Shown here in pieces: positions 17,405-27,865 of a DNA stretch of 50,038 nt. The stretch comes from Candidatus Sumerlaeota bacterium (GTDB taxonomy: Bacteria; Sumerlaeota; Sumerlaeia; JABWBI01). The position numbers and the translations under genes were made by a program. Each line of letters starts with the position of its first letter. Position 1 is the first letter of the stretch. A model generated the notes under the pieces. It searched no databases. It had not been told where the DNA came from and saw nothing but the letters and a program-made list of their open reading frames with translations. Location: contig JAFGKF010000118.1 of assembly GCA_016928695.1 (NCBI GenBank), forward strand, positions 1 to 50,038, given 5' to 3'.

Positions 17405-18357
17405 GATGAGTCCCCGCTCAGCCCCTGCTCCGAAGAGGTCATCTCATCGGCGCCCACCACCCGATTTCGTCCGGCATGTTTCGCGGCGTAGAGCGCCTCG
17501 TCCGCCATCCGAATCAGCGTCTCGGAGTCCTGGGCGAGGCGTGGGAGAGAGGCGACCCCGAGGCTGACCGTGAGCCGACCGCCCGGTTGGAGCTCACCCG
17601 CCTCGAAAACGTGACTCTCGATCGCCGAGCGGATCCGCTCCGCCGTGCGCTTCGCGCGCTCGAGAGGAGTGCGGGGCAGGAGAACCGTGAACTCCTCGCC
17701 CCCGTAGCGGACGCAGACATCGAGCGATCGCACACTCTGATTGAGCAGATCCGCCACATCGCGGAGCACCGCGTCCCCCCGCTGATGCCCCTGGGTGTCG
17801 TTGTAGTGCTTGAAGTGGTCGACATCGATCATGATCAGGCTGAGCTCGCTGCCCAGGGCCATCGTGCGGCCCACCTCATCGGCCAGATGCTTGCTCAGGT
17901 ACCCGCGGTTGTAGAGGCCCGTCAGCTTGTCGCGATCCGACTCCGCCGCGCGGGAGCGGGCCGCCGTGCGCAGAGCGGTCGCCATGCTGAGGCGCTGGTT
18001 GGCGGCGCGCAGCACCGAGTTGATCTCCACGACCAGGGGATCGATCATCGAGTCCTCGGGGATCGAGAGGGAGTGGAGCTCACCCTCGTCCGCGCGCTCG
18101 GCGAGCTCGGAGCGGACCTGACGGATCCCCTCCCAGAGACGGCGCCGCGCGATGACGCCGCCGATGGCCAGGCCAAAGAGAAGACCCGCCAGCATCGCGA
18201 CCAGCCGGTTCGACTTCGCCTCGGGGAGCAGATCACCATGGAGGACCACGAGGGCCAGCAGAAGACCCACCACCCCGAGAGCCCAGCCGAGCGGATGACC
18301 CGCACCCGACCTGCGTCGATGGGAGGGAGCATGCGGCGACGCGGGGTGCCGCATCAC
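17401..18357 (-). CDS. Membrane-anchored diguanylate cyclase (GGDEF) with an I-site
   Basis: Two N-terminal TM helices separated by a very short loop, then a linker helix. GGDEF domain LTGLYNRGYL...RSLDVCVRYGGEEF, with RxxD positioned as in PleD. GTG 18357 or ATG 18354 abuts the upstream stop. Confidence 0.85.
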   Translation of the reverse strand: MMRHPASPHAPSHRRRSGAGHPLGWALGVVGLLLALVVLHGDLLPEAKSNRLVAMLAGLLFGLAIGGVIARRRLWEGIRQVRSELAERADEGELHSLSIPEDSMIDPLVVEINSVLRAANQRLSMATALRTAARSRAAESDRDKLTGLYNRGYLSKHLADEVGRTMALGSELSLIMIDVDHFKHYNDTQGHQRGDAVLRDVADLLNQSVRSLDVCVRYGGEEFTVLLPRTPLERAKRTAERIRSAIESHVFEAGELQPGGRLTVSLGVASLPRLAQDSETLIRMADEALYAAKHAGRNRVVGADEMTSSEQGLSGDSS

Positions 18358-21083
18358 AGCAGCCGCGCTGCGCTGATGCGATCGAAGCGGAACAGCAGAT
18401 GGGTGCCGCGCTGCGAGGAGAGGGCGTAGAGTCGATCGCCCTCGATCGACTGGGGAGTGAGAGTCTCGGTGATCGGCTCTTTGCCGCTGCGGTGATGGGT
18501 CACCTCGATGGGCAGCTCATGCTCGATGGCGTACTCCACCATGGAGCGGACGTCCTCGGGCTCATGTGATGGATTGGGCCCCGTGAAGGCGAAACGACCC
18601 GCTGGCCGGGAGGGGCTCTTCTCCAGGAGCTTCTCCAGCTGCAGACGATGGCGCTCGGTGGTCTGCTCCACGCGCCTCCTCAGGGCCTGGGCGTGCCGCC
18701 GCAGGAAGCGCTTGGACATGGTGTCGGCGTACTCCTCGAGCGCCTGGAGGCGGGGACCTCTGGGCTGCATCCGCTTGATCACGCTCCTCATCCGACCCTC
18801 GGAGAGGTCGATCCCCATCTCCTCCTCCAGCGAGGCGAGAAAGCGCATCCCGGCGATGGCGAGAAACACATCGCGCTCGGAGAGCTTCATCGAGATCTTG
18901 CCCACCTCGGCGGGGAGCGAGGCATCGCTGTCGACCTCCACCGAGTGCCCGAGGCGCTCGATCTCCTGGGCCACACGGACGAGATCGGCGTGGGGGTGAA
19001 AGAGAATCACCTGGTCACCGACCACCTCGCGGATCTCCGGCTTGATCCTGCGGTTGGTGCAGATCGCGGCCAGCGTCACCGGGTCATCCACATGCAGCAC
19101 ACCGCCCCCCGCTGAGATGAAAAGCGATGTCTGATTGCGCGAGGCCTCCTGAATCAGATGCTCCACCGTCTCGGGCAGCGGAACCGACGAGCCCGACCGC
19201 AGAAGCCCGAGGATCTCCTCGGTGGACAGTCCCATCTCCAGCCCATGGCGCAGACTCTCCGGCGTGAGGGTCAGGGTCGCCATCACATCCATGGTCTTGA
19301 CCTCGCAGACCCCCAGCAGCCGACTCAGCGTGGTCAGCGAGAGATCCGGGGGGGCGAGGATCTCCAGATTCGGCTGCACGGTGAACTGGGTGCCATCGAA
19401 TCGAAGAGGGGCCGCATCCGACAGATCGCTCTTCGCGCCGTTGCCGAGAAGACGGAGGGCGGCGTCTCCCATCTCCGTGACACGGAAGAGGAGATGCGTG
19501 TGCTCCGCGGTCTTCAGCCTCTGCCGCAGCCTGCGCCGTGGTCCACCCACCGGCAGGTTCCCGCGGTTCTGAACCGCCTCGAGATGACGCCGGCTGTCCG
19601 AGCCGACCGCCACGATTCCCAGCCAGTGAAGCGAGTCGACGACGATCGACTCCGCGATGAAAAACGGGGGCCGGTTGAATTTGCCCAGCGCCCGCTGCGC
19701 CCGGCGCGGCACCGCCAGCGCCACCTGGGGCAGAAGAACATCGGCGAAGGCGCTGAACTCCACCCAGTGACCGTGGGGCAGACTCATCAGGCACTCGACC
19801 GCGAGGCGCCGGAACTCGGTGATGTCCAGCAGATGCTGAACCTTCGTGTCGGTGTGGGCGACGTCGCCCTCGTGGAACTCCTCGTTCCACGCCGACGTCC
19901 GCGCCCACAGCTGCACCAGGTCGGCATAGGCGCGTGCCGGGTGAGCCGCCCAGGTCTCGAAGCGGTCGCTGACCTGCCAGCGCTCTCCCACCGGGACGAT
20001 CAGGCCGAGCTCGATGGAGCACAGCGCCAGGAAGCGGGCGTACTTGATCGTCTTGCCCGGAGAGAGCGTCGGGAGAATGCGCTTGAGATCGTTCTTGCCC
20101 ACTCCCCCGTTGGCGAGGCGGCGGACAGAGTGCCGCCGCACGTGCGAGACGAAGATCACCATGTCGCGCAGCATCTGCGTGCCGCTGTCGAGCACCGCCG
20201 CCGGGGCGTGCTTGCCCCCCGCCGTCGCCGTGTCGAGCTGCGTCAGGCCGCGCCGGTCCTCGCGGAAACCACTGCGCACCACATGCATGATGTCCTTGGG
20301 CACCATCAGAAGATCGGCGTACTTGTTGGCCCCCTTCGCGGCGATGAAGAGAAGGCCCGACTGATTCAGAAGGCGATTGAGCAGGTCGACCTTCGAGTGA
20401 TCGAAGTGGCGCTGGAAGCCGAGGTCGATCAGGTCACTGTAGATGCAGACCCCGCCCCGGCGCATGATCTCGTGGAGAAGCTCGCGCTCCTCGGACGGCA
20501 GGCGCTGGAGGTGGGCCCGGAGAATCGAGGGCTTGAGCAGCGAGTGGCGGACAAGATGCCGCAGGTAGTCGCGCTTGGTCGCCTTCGGCGTCAGCCCCAG
20601 CCCCTCCACGGCGATCCGCTCGAGCTGCTCCGTCGAGAGGTCATGGAGGAACTGACCCAGATAGCCCCTGAAGTGGGCGTAGAGATCAATGTGGCGCAGG
20701 AGAAGATCCGGGAGCCCGTAGTAGTCGTCCGACGTCAGCCCCGAGGTGGTCGAGTCGCGGAACACCAGGCCGCTCTCGATGAGCGGGGCCAGGGCGCGCC
20801 GGGCCGCCCGCGTGTCGCCCCCGAAGCAGCGCCGGGCCAGCTCGCGCAGGCCCAGGTCGCCCCCGTGAATCGCCAGGAAGATGACAAGCCGGCGGCGCCC
20901 CTCCGAGAGCGTGTCCCAGAGACACTGGAAATGCACTTTGGCCTGCATGCGGGGATAGAGATGCTCGATGAGCGTGTCCCGCCCGGCCTCCGCCGGCGGG
21001 GTCTCCCCGTCGCACCCCCAGGCCTCAGCGATCTTGACCAGCTCGGTCGCCGGGCGACGTCTGAGCGCTGTCTTGAGTTTCAT
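18354..21083 (-). CDS. Large cytoplasmic protein (909 aa) with an XPB/Ssl2 N-terminal-like (helicase-associated) segment and a WYL-like C-terminus; no helicase core seen
   Basis: ATG preceded by GGCGGAGGGACG. The segment FTVQPNLEILAPPDLSLTTLSRLLGVCEV...LTLTPESLRHGLEMGLSTEEILGLLRSGSSVPLPETVEHLI resembles the helicase-associated domain found N-terminal to bacterial XPB. The C-terminus DRLYALSSQRGTHLLFRFDRISAARLL resembles the WYL signature. No Walker motifs seen. The CDS call is strong; the function call is weak. Confidence 0.6.
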   Translation of the reverse strand: MKLKTALRRRPATELVKIAEAWGCDGETPPAEAGRDTLIEHLYPRMQAKVHFQCLWDTLSEGRRRLVIFLAIHGGDLGLRELARRCFGGDTRAARRALAPLIESGLVFRDSTTSGLTSDDYYGLPDLLLRHIDLYAHFRGYLGQFLHDLSTEQLERIAVEGLGLTPKATKRDYLRHLVRHSLLKPSILRAHLQRLPSEERELLHEIMRRGGVCIYSDLIDLGFQRHFDHSKVDLLNRLLNQSGLLFIAAKGANKYADLLMVPKDIMHVVRSGFREDRRGLTQLDTATAGGKHAPAAVLDSGTQMLRDMVIFVSHVRRHSVRRLANGGVGKNDLKRILPTLSPGKTIKYARFLALCSIELGLIVPVGERWQVSDRFETWAAHPARAYADLVQLWARTSAWNEEFHEGDVAHTDTKVQHLLDITEFRRLAVECLMSLPHGHWVEFSAFADVLLPQVALAVPRRAQRALGKFNRPPFFIAESIVVDSLHWLGIVAVGSDSRRHLEAVQNRGNLPVGGPRRRLRQRLKTAEHTHLLFRVTEMGDAALRLLGNGAKSDLSDAAPLRFDGTQFTVQPNLEILAPPDLSLTTLSRLLGVCEVKTMDVMATLTLTPESLRHGLEMGLSTEEILGLLRSGSSVPLPETVEHLIQEASRNQTSLFISAGGGVLHVDDPVTLAAICTNRRIKPEIREVVGDQVILFHPHADLVRVAQEIERLGHSVEVDSDASLPAEVGKISMKLSERDVFLAIAGMRFLASLEEEMGIDLSEGRMRSVIKRMQPRGPRLQALEEYADTMSKRFLRRHAQALRRRVEQTTERHRLQLEKLLEKSPSRPAGRFAFTGPNPSHEPEDVRSMVEYAIEHELPIEVTHHRSGKEPITETLTPQSIEGDRLYALSSQRGTHLLFRFDRISAARLL

Positions 21084-21166
21084 CGTCCCTCCGCCGCACG
21101 TCCCCTGGTCATCACGAAGCGGGCGGTCCCGCTCTTCACTTCTTCAAAGCTCTGATGAGCCGCAGG

Positions 21167-21196
21167 ATCCTACAGATCTCAGACACGCATGATCAA
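21167..21196 (-). promoter_or_regulatory. Candidate promoter, TTGATC-N18-TAGGAT, for the 909-aa gene operon
   Basis: Read on the minus strand: TTGATC (21196-21191), an 18-nt spacer, then TAGGAT (21172-21167), about 85 nt upstream of ATG 21083. Confidence 0.3.
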
Positions 21197-21237
21197 GGGA
21201 AAACCCAGGCCCTCAGTGCCACCGATCACCAAAGAGA

Positions 21238-21268
21238 GCAGCCGGAGCCCTTTGCGAGCCCCGGCTGC
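21238..21268 (-). terminator. Stem-loop downstream of rpsA
   Basis: GCAGCCGG...CCGGCTGC (8-bp stem), followed on the minus strand by UCUCUUUGG, which is a weak U-tract. Confidence 0.4.
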
Positions 21269-21286
21269 GATGAAGGCTCTGATCTG

Positions 21287-23254
21287 TCAGCTCTCGGAGT
21301 CGCCCTTGGACTCGCCCCCCTCCGCCCCACCGGGCTCCGCATCGCCCCCCCCCTTGGACGGGGAGAGCTTGAGGCCGGCCAGCTTGAGGGCCTCGCCCAG
21401 GTTGGCACCGCCGTGGGTCGAGCCCGACCGCGTGTACTGGGCGATCTCTCGGCGCTCGATGTCACGCAGGTAGGCGCGGCGTGAGAGGGTGATCTTCTCC
21501 TGACGGGGATCGGCCTTGAGGATCTTGATCGTGACCTCGTCTCCCGGCTTCAGGACGTCCTCCACCTTCTCCACACGCCCCTCATCGAGATGGGAGATGT
21601 GGATCAGCCCCTCGACTCCCTCGGCGAGCTCGACGAAGGCCCCGAAGCTGACAACACGCGTCACCTTGCCCGAGCAGTGCGAGCCGACCGGATTCGATTT
21701 GATGAACGAGACGTACGGCGACTCGGACAGCTGCTTGTGCCCCAGCGAGATCTTCCGGTTCACCCGGTCGATCTTGAGCACGACCACCTCGATCTCTTCG
21801 CCCACCTGGGCGACACTCTTGGGATCGGTGCCCTTGCGCTCCCAGGAGAGATCGCTCTGGTGCACGAGTCCCTCGATGCCCTCCCGGATCTCGATGAACA
21901 GACCGAATCCGGTGACCGAGGTCACCTTGCCCCTGATCTTGGTGCCCACGGGGAACTCCGCCTCGATCTCGGCCCAGGGATCGGCTGTGATCTGCTTCAG
22001 ACCCAGCGAGAGGCGGCGCTTCGACCCGTCGATCTCGAGCACCTGGGCCTTGATCTGGTCGCCGATGCTGACGAACTCCGTGGCCTTCCGGCGCCCCGTG
22101 CTCCAGCTCAGATCCGACGTGTGGATGAGACCCGTCAGGCCCTCCTCCACGCGCACAAAGGCCCCGTAGGAGGTGACGTTGACCACGACGCCGGAGACGA
22201 CCTCTCCGACATGCAGGCGCTCCACGGCCGTCTCCCAGGGATCGGGCAGCGTGCGCTTGCGCGAGAGCGTGATCTTGCCCGTCTCGGGATTCATCGCCTG
22301 GATCTTCACCGAGATCTCCTCGCCCAGACCACACACGTCCGCCGGGGAGAGACCCCGCTCCCAGCTCAGCTCGTCGCGCGGAACCAGGCCGTCGAAGCCA
22401 CCCAGATCCACGAACACACCGAAGTCCGTGATGTTCTTGACCCGCCCCCTGATCTCCTCGCCCACACTGAACTGGGAGAAGAACTTCTCGCGCTCCTCGG
22501 TCTGACGCCGCTCGAGCCAGGCGCGGCGCGAGACCACCGCCCGGCGGCGACCGCGGTGCAGCTCGAGAACGAGCACCTCGACCTCCCGACCGACCCAGGG
22601 CTCGAGGTCGCCCACCCGGCGTATGTCGAGATGGCTCGCGGGCATGAAGCACTCGATGCCGAGGTCGACGATCACCCCGTTTTTGACCATCTTGATCACG
22701 CGGCCGGTCAGGGGATCGCCGCCCGCCAGGGCCGCGTCGAGCTGAGCCAGGGCCGCCTGAACAACCGCCTTGCGGCGGGAGGCCGTCACCTGACCCGTGT
22801 CCCCATCGCGGCGAAGGACCAGAACATCCACCCGGTCGCCGACCGCATTGGTCAGATTCCCTGCGGAGTCCTTGAACTCATCGAGCGGGACCACTCCCTC
22901 GGTCTTGTCGCCGAGGTCCACCAGGACGCTGTCTCCTGTGATGCTCACGATGGTGCCGAGCACAAGATCGCCGGTGCCGACCTCCCCGAGCTGGTCGTAC
23001 TCGGCCAGCATCTTGTCGAACTCCTCGTCGCTCATCTCGTCCTCGACGGAGTCGCCGGACTCAGCCCCCGCGGTGGGACTCTCGATGCCCGCCGGTGGTG
23101 CAGCGGGAGAGGGGGGATCGGCGTCGCTCTGAGGTGCCGTGGGAGCCGATGCCTCGGCGGGATTTGCCTCAGTGGTGAGATCTCCGGTGCCCGCGTCGGC
23201 GGGCGTCTCACTCTTTTCGAGTCGATGGGTCGGATCAGGATTCTGGGGGTCCAC
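21287..23254 (-). CDS. rpsA: 30S ribosomal protein S1
   Basis: Six S1/OB repeats (for example GTIVSITGDSVLVDLG, GRVIKMVKNGVIVDLG, GRVKNITDFGVFVDLG, GVVVNVTSYGAFVRVE, GKVTSVTGFGLFIEIR, GKVTRVVSFGAFVELA). Conserved cmk-rpsA synteny. GTG 23254 is preceded by GGAGGA. An alternative ATG at 23035 gives the canonical N-terminus MSDEEFDKMLAEY. Confidence 0.9.
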   Translation of the reverse strand: MDPQNPDPTHRLEKSETPADAGTGDLTTEANPAEASAPTAPQSDADPPSPAAPPAGIESPTAGAESGDSVEDEMSDEEFDKMLAEYDQLGEVGTGDLVLGTIVSITGDSVLVDLGDKTEGVVPLDEFKDSAGNLTNAVGDRVDVLVLRRDGDTGQVTASRRKAVVQAALAQLDAALAGGDPLTGRVIKMVKNGVIVDLGIECFMPASHLDIRRVGDLEPWVGREVEVLVLELHRGRRRAVVSRRAWLERRQTEEREKFFSQFSVGEEIRGRVKNITDFGVFVDLGGFDGLVPRDELSWERGLSPADVCGLGEEISVKIQAMNPETGKITLSRKRTLPDPWETAVERLHVGEVVSGVVVNVTSYGAFVRVEEGLTGLIHTSDLSWSTGRRKATEFVSIGDQIKAQVLEIDGSKRRLSLGLKQITADPWAEIEAEFPVGTKIRGKVTSVTGFGLFIEIREGIEGLVHQSDLSWERKGTDPKSVAQVGEEIEVVVLKIDRVNRKISLGHKQLSESPYVSFIKSNPVGSHCSGKVTRVVSFGAFVELAEGVEGLIHISHLDEGRVEKVEDVLKPGDEVTIKILKADPRQEKITLSRRAYLRDIERREIAQYTRSGSTHGGANLGEALKLAGLKLSPSKGGGDAEPGGAEGGESKGDSES

Positions 23255-23290
23255 AGGGGATTCCTCCGGGTTCGATGAGGTTTGATGATG

Positions 23291-24049
23291 TCAGTGGCTT
23301 GATTTTGATTCGGCGCATTCTGACCTGGTGGCCTCCGTGGGCTCTGCGCCCATGGGGCATTGAGGCCCCTGGGGGTTCGATGACTCGGAACACCCAGAGG
23401 CGGACGACGTATTCTGCTGAGAAATCCTCGACTGTCCACCCAAAGATGCAAGCTCGTCCATCAGGGCCTGGACGATGGCCCGGGCGGGCCGCTCATCCGC
23501 AGGACCGAGCGCTCTCCACCTCTCAGGCGTGCGGGGCTCGCCCCACTCAATCCGTATCTTTCTGGGGCGAGGGAACTTGGCCCCCCGCGGAAAGGCCCGG
23601 TGGGCTCCGCTGATGTGGGCACAGATGATGGGAACTCCGGCCTGCAGGGCCAGAAGCCCCACGCCGGGCTTGGCCTCTCCCAGTTGGCCGTCGGGTGAGC
23701 GGGTTCCCTCGGGAAAAACGACGAGCGCCTTTCCCTCCTCCAGCAGTGCGAGGGCACGCTGGAGCGCCTCCCGATCGCCCTGCCCCCTCGCCACCGGGAT
23801 GGCCTGAAGCCGTCGGAGCAGTCCACCGAACAGGCGGTTCTTGAAGAGACTGGACCGCGCGAAGAAGTGCAGATCGCGCGGGAGGGCAGCGTGTCCCACC
23901 AGAATCGGGTCGAGATGACTCGTGTGATTGGCCACGATCAGAAGCCCGCCCCTGCGGGGCACGCGGTGCCGCCCCCGAACGCGGATGCGGAAATACAGCC
24001 AGAGGAGAGGGGGCACCAGAATCCTGGCCAGACGGTAGGTCAGAGTCAC
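23291..24049 (-). CDS. plsC: 1-acyl-sn-glycerol-3-phosphate acyltransferase
   Basis: H-x4-D motif (ANHTSHLDP), FPEGTRS motif, hydrophobic N-terminus. GTG start. Confidence 0.85.
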   Translation of the reverse strand: MTLTYRLARILVPPLLWLYFRIRVRGRHRVPRRGGLLIVANHTSHLDPILVGHAALPRDLHFFARSSLFKNRLFGGLLRRLQAIPVARGQGDREALQRALALLEEGKALVVFPEGTRSPDGQLGEAKPGVGLLALQAGVPIICAHISGAHRAFPRGAKFPRPRKIRIEWGEPRTPERWRALGPADERPARAIVQALMDELASLGGQSRISQQNTSSASGCSESSNPQGPQCPMGAEPTEATRSECAESKSSH

Positions 24050-24062
24050 GATGCACAGGGTC

Positions 24063-24818
24063 TCAGGCTGGAGTCGTGACCCTCGGTGAGGTGGTGACCT
24101 GGGCCAAAAGCGTCTCGACCACCGTCCCGAACGGCAGTGAGGTCGTGTCCACCACCACGGCGTCGTGGGCGATGCGCAGCGGACCCACCGGCCGGATCCG
24201 ATCGCGCCGATCGCGCTCCATGATCTGCTGGGTGAGCTCGTCGGAGTCCACCCACATCCCCTTGGCGATCAGCTGCTCCGCACGCCGCTGCACACGCTCG
24301 CACAGAGAGGCGTCCAGATAGAATTTCCATCGCGCCCGCGGGAAGACCACCGTCGTGATGTCGCGCCCGTCCATCACGACCTGACCTCTCTCCCCGAGGC
24401 CCTGCTGGTGGGCGACCAGCAGCCGGCGGACCGACGGCGTGTCGGCCACATGGGCCGTGGCCACCGAGATCTCATTGGTCCGAATCGCGAGGCTCACATC
24501 GCGCCCGTCAAGCCAGACGCTCGGGTCGCCGCTGGGGTCGGGCCGCAGCTCGATCTTGGCTCCGCGCGTCAGCTGGGCCAGGGCAGGCTCATCGCGAAGC
24601 GAGAGCCCCTGCTCCACCGCCGCCAGGGTCACCGCCCGGTACATCGCCCCCGTGTCGATGTACACCCATCCGAGCCGCGCGGCCAGGGCCCTGGCCACGC
24701 TGGACTTGCCCACGCCACCGGGGCCGTCGATCGCCACGATGTCGAGAGAGGCGTTCGGGGACTGGGGGGCGTCGGCCACAGAGCGAGCTCCTGGACAGTG
24801 GTGTGGAGTGGGCGCCAT
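24063..24818 (-). CDS. cmk: Cytidylate kinase
   Basis: P-loop IAIDGPGGVGKSSVARALAARLGWVYIDTGAMYRAV. Position upstream of rpsA. Confidence 0.9.
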   Translation of the reverse strand: MAPTPHHCPGARSVADAPQSPNASLDIVAIDGPGGVGKSSVARALAARLGWVYIDTGAMYRAVTLAAVEQGLSLRDEPALAQLTRGAKIELRPDPSGDPSVWLDGRDVSLAIRTNEISVATAHVADTPSVRRLLVAHQQGLGERGQVVMDGRDITTVVFPRARWKFYLDASLCERVQRRAEQLIAKGMWVDSDELTQQIMERDRRDRIRPVGPLRIAHDAVVVDTTSLPFGTVVETLLAQVTTSPRVTTPA

Positions 24819-24895
24819 CCGCCGCGCGGATTCTTTGTGGTGCGCGTGGCATGGTCAAGGGGTTTGTCCGGACCTGCGAACCTGAAAGGGAGACA

Positions 24896-24935
24896 GAGAA
24901 GAAAAAGTCCCCGCCACAGGCAGTCTGTGGCGGGG
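24896..24935 (-). terminator. Rho-independent terminator of the secreted-protein gene
   Basis: Minus strand: CCCCGCCACAG-ACUGC-CUGUGGCGGGG (11-bp perfect stem) followed by ACUUUUUCUUCU. Confidence 0.85.
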
Positions 24936-24970
24936 ATGGGAAGCTGTGAGGATCGAGAGCTGCCGCGAGA

Positions 24971-25918
24971 TCAGTTGTAGAGGGACCACTCGCTGACAGC
25001 GGTGGGGGGGGAGAACTGAAGCGTGGTGGGAGTGAGACCCAGTGCAGTGTAGTCGGGATCAGTGCCGTGATGATCCTGAGGAGTCGGAACCGGCGGAAGC
25101 GTTTGGTTTGAGAAGAAATTGCCGTCGGCGGAGACGTAGGCCGTGAAGACATAGAGGACGGTGCTGTCGTCGATCGTGCCCGGGATATCAGCGAGCGGAA
25201 TGGCGAACTCCATGCCCGTGGTGACGGAGGCCGGATCTGTGCCCGTGGCGGGGAAACCGATCCCCGTTCCCTCCACACCCAGGACATTGGACTGGTCGAG
25301 GGCAAACGTGTACCCCGAATAGGCGTCGTCCATCACGGTGTCGGTCGGAGCATCGTCCGTCACCTGATCTGGAGAGCCGGAGTCCAGCGCGACAGTTCCC
25401 GTGACGAGATTCGCCACCTGGAGGCGATAGTCGAGGAGAAGGGGATCGGAGCCACCGGAGTCTCCGAACTTGAGAGCAACGATGAGATCCACGTTCATGA
25501 TGCTGGGGAATGTCATGCCCCCGATGCCGTTGCCCGCCGACTGAAAGATGCCGTCTCCGCCCGAGATGCCGGAGAACGTGCCTGACTCACCACCGGTCTC
25601 GGCGATGTTGTCGATGAAAATGTAGTATCCGTTCCAGTTGTCCTCAACATTGCCGGTGGAGAGGATGTAGAGGTTGGTGGCGTCATGGGCTGCATAAAGA
25701 GCATCGAGCTCGCCCCCCGCGGTGTCGAGGATCCCGGAGTTGGCATCGCCAAAGCTCGTGTTGGCGTTTTGAACGGCAATGGCAGCCCCATATCCGACAT
25801 CAACCGTCCCATCAATGGTGGCAGTGATCTCGGGAATCTCAGCCAGAGCCGTGGACACAGTCAGGGCTGACAGGATCAGCAGACCAGTGACCAGAGAAAA
25901 TCGAATAGACAGGTTCAT
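24971..25918 (-). CDS. Secreted acidic Asp/Gly/Thr-rich protein of unknown function (CBM9/DOMON-like N-terminal region)
   Basis: ATG 25918 is preceded by GGAGAGGAGAG. Signal peptide MNLSIRFSLVTGLLILSALTVSTALA. Almost no Lys or Arg. Many A/T-ending codons compared with the neighbours. It has its own strong terminator. Confidence 0.75.
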   Translation of the reverse strand: MNLSIRFSLVTGLLILSALTVSTALAEIPEITATIDGTVDVGYGAAIAVQNANTSFGDANSGILDTAGGELDALYAAHDATNLYILSTGNVEDNWNGYYIFIDNIAETGGESGTFSGISGGDGIFQSAGNGIGGMTFPSIMNVDLIVALKFGDSGGSDPLLLDYRLQVANLVTGTVALDSGSPDQVTDDAPTDTVMDDAYSGYTFALDQSNVLGVEGTGIGFPATGTDPASVTTGMEFAIPLADIPGTIDDSTVLYVFTAYVSADGNFFSNQTLPPVPTPQDHHGTDPDYTALGLTPTTLQFSPPTAVSEWSLYN

Positions 25919-26354
25919 CAAAGTCTCTCCTCTCCCTGTGGTCGAAACGCAGACCGTGTCTCGACCCAGAACAGAACGTTTTGGCGAGACCGTCCAAAGA
26001 GCCATTTGGACCGCTCTCATTCCCCAGTGAAATCGGTCCACATTCCCCTGTCAAGTGCTATCTTCCTGGTTGTTACAAATCCCGACCGATTGGGGACAGC
26101 CATTGCCGATGCTTCACACCAGCCGTCTTGGGGCCTTTGCCCAGCAGCCGCTTCCCAGACAGGCGGACCCCGGCAGGGAGCACTCGCTCTCCTCGGCTCG
26201 CCCCCTCACAGCCGATTCTCTCTCAGCACGACGAAAGTCCATGGGACCTGCCCCCTCTGTCCGCTCTGCTTGACATGGCGGGGAGGGGATCACTACGGTT
26301 CCAGACTTGGCGCTCTGAGCGAGCATGCCCATTCAGATTTTGACGGAGCACATG

Positions 26355-27782
<1,428 letters not shown>

Positions 27783-27801
27783 GTCGCTGCTCAGAGATCT
27801 C

Positions 27802-27836
27802 AGAGCCCCCTTCCCGAGAGAGGGGGGCTCTTTTTT
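27802..27836 (+). terminator. Rho-independent terminator after ahcY
   Basis: GAGCCCCC...GGGGGCUC stem followed by UUUUUU (27831-27836). Confidence 0.85.
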
Positions 27837-27865
27837 CAATTCGTCCCCCGCAAACCGCTTGACAG

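Noticed and set aside
23374-23384. A GGGGGTTCGAT string resembling a tRNA T-arm.
   Set aside because: There is no complementary T-stem 3' half, acceptor stem or anticodon arm around it, and it lies inside the plsC coding region.
26233-26240. A GAAAGTCC string in the 430-nt intergenic region, reminiscent of the universally conserved RNase P RNA motif GGAAAGUCCGGGC.
   Set aside because: The flanking sequence lacks the other conserved RNase P blocks (GGGCAGGGUGCCAGGUAAC, GGUAAGGGUGAAA, ACAGAACCCGGCUUA). Too little sequence remains before ahcY to hold the rest of the RNA.
26160-26324. A possible SAH riboswitch upstream of ahcY.
   Set aside because: The only GAGGAG(A)GCG-like string (around 26170-26200) is on the minus strand, pointing away from ahcY. 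The plus-strand leader downstream of the candidate -35 box is only about 50-80 nt and lacks the conserved SAH-element blocks as I recall them. A cmscan would be needed for certainty.
27859-27864. TTGACA immediately upstream of the methyltransferase-ligase ORF, considered as its promoter.
   Set aside because: It lies only 2 nt before ATG 27866 and has no acceptable -10 box. It could only be a promoter if translation starts at the downstream TTG 27923, which is possible but unproven, so it is not reported as a feature.
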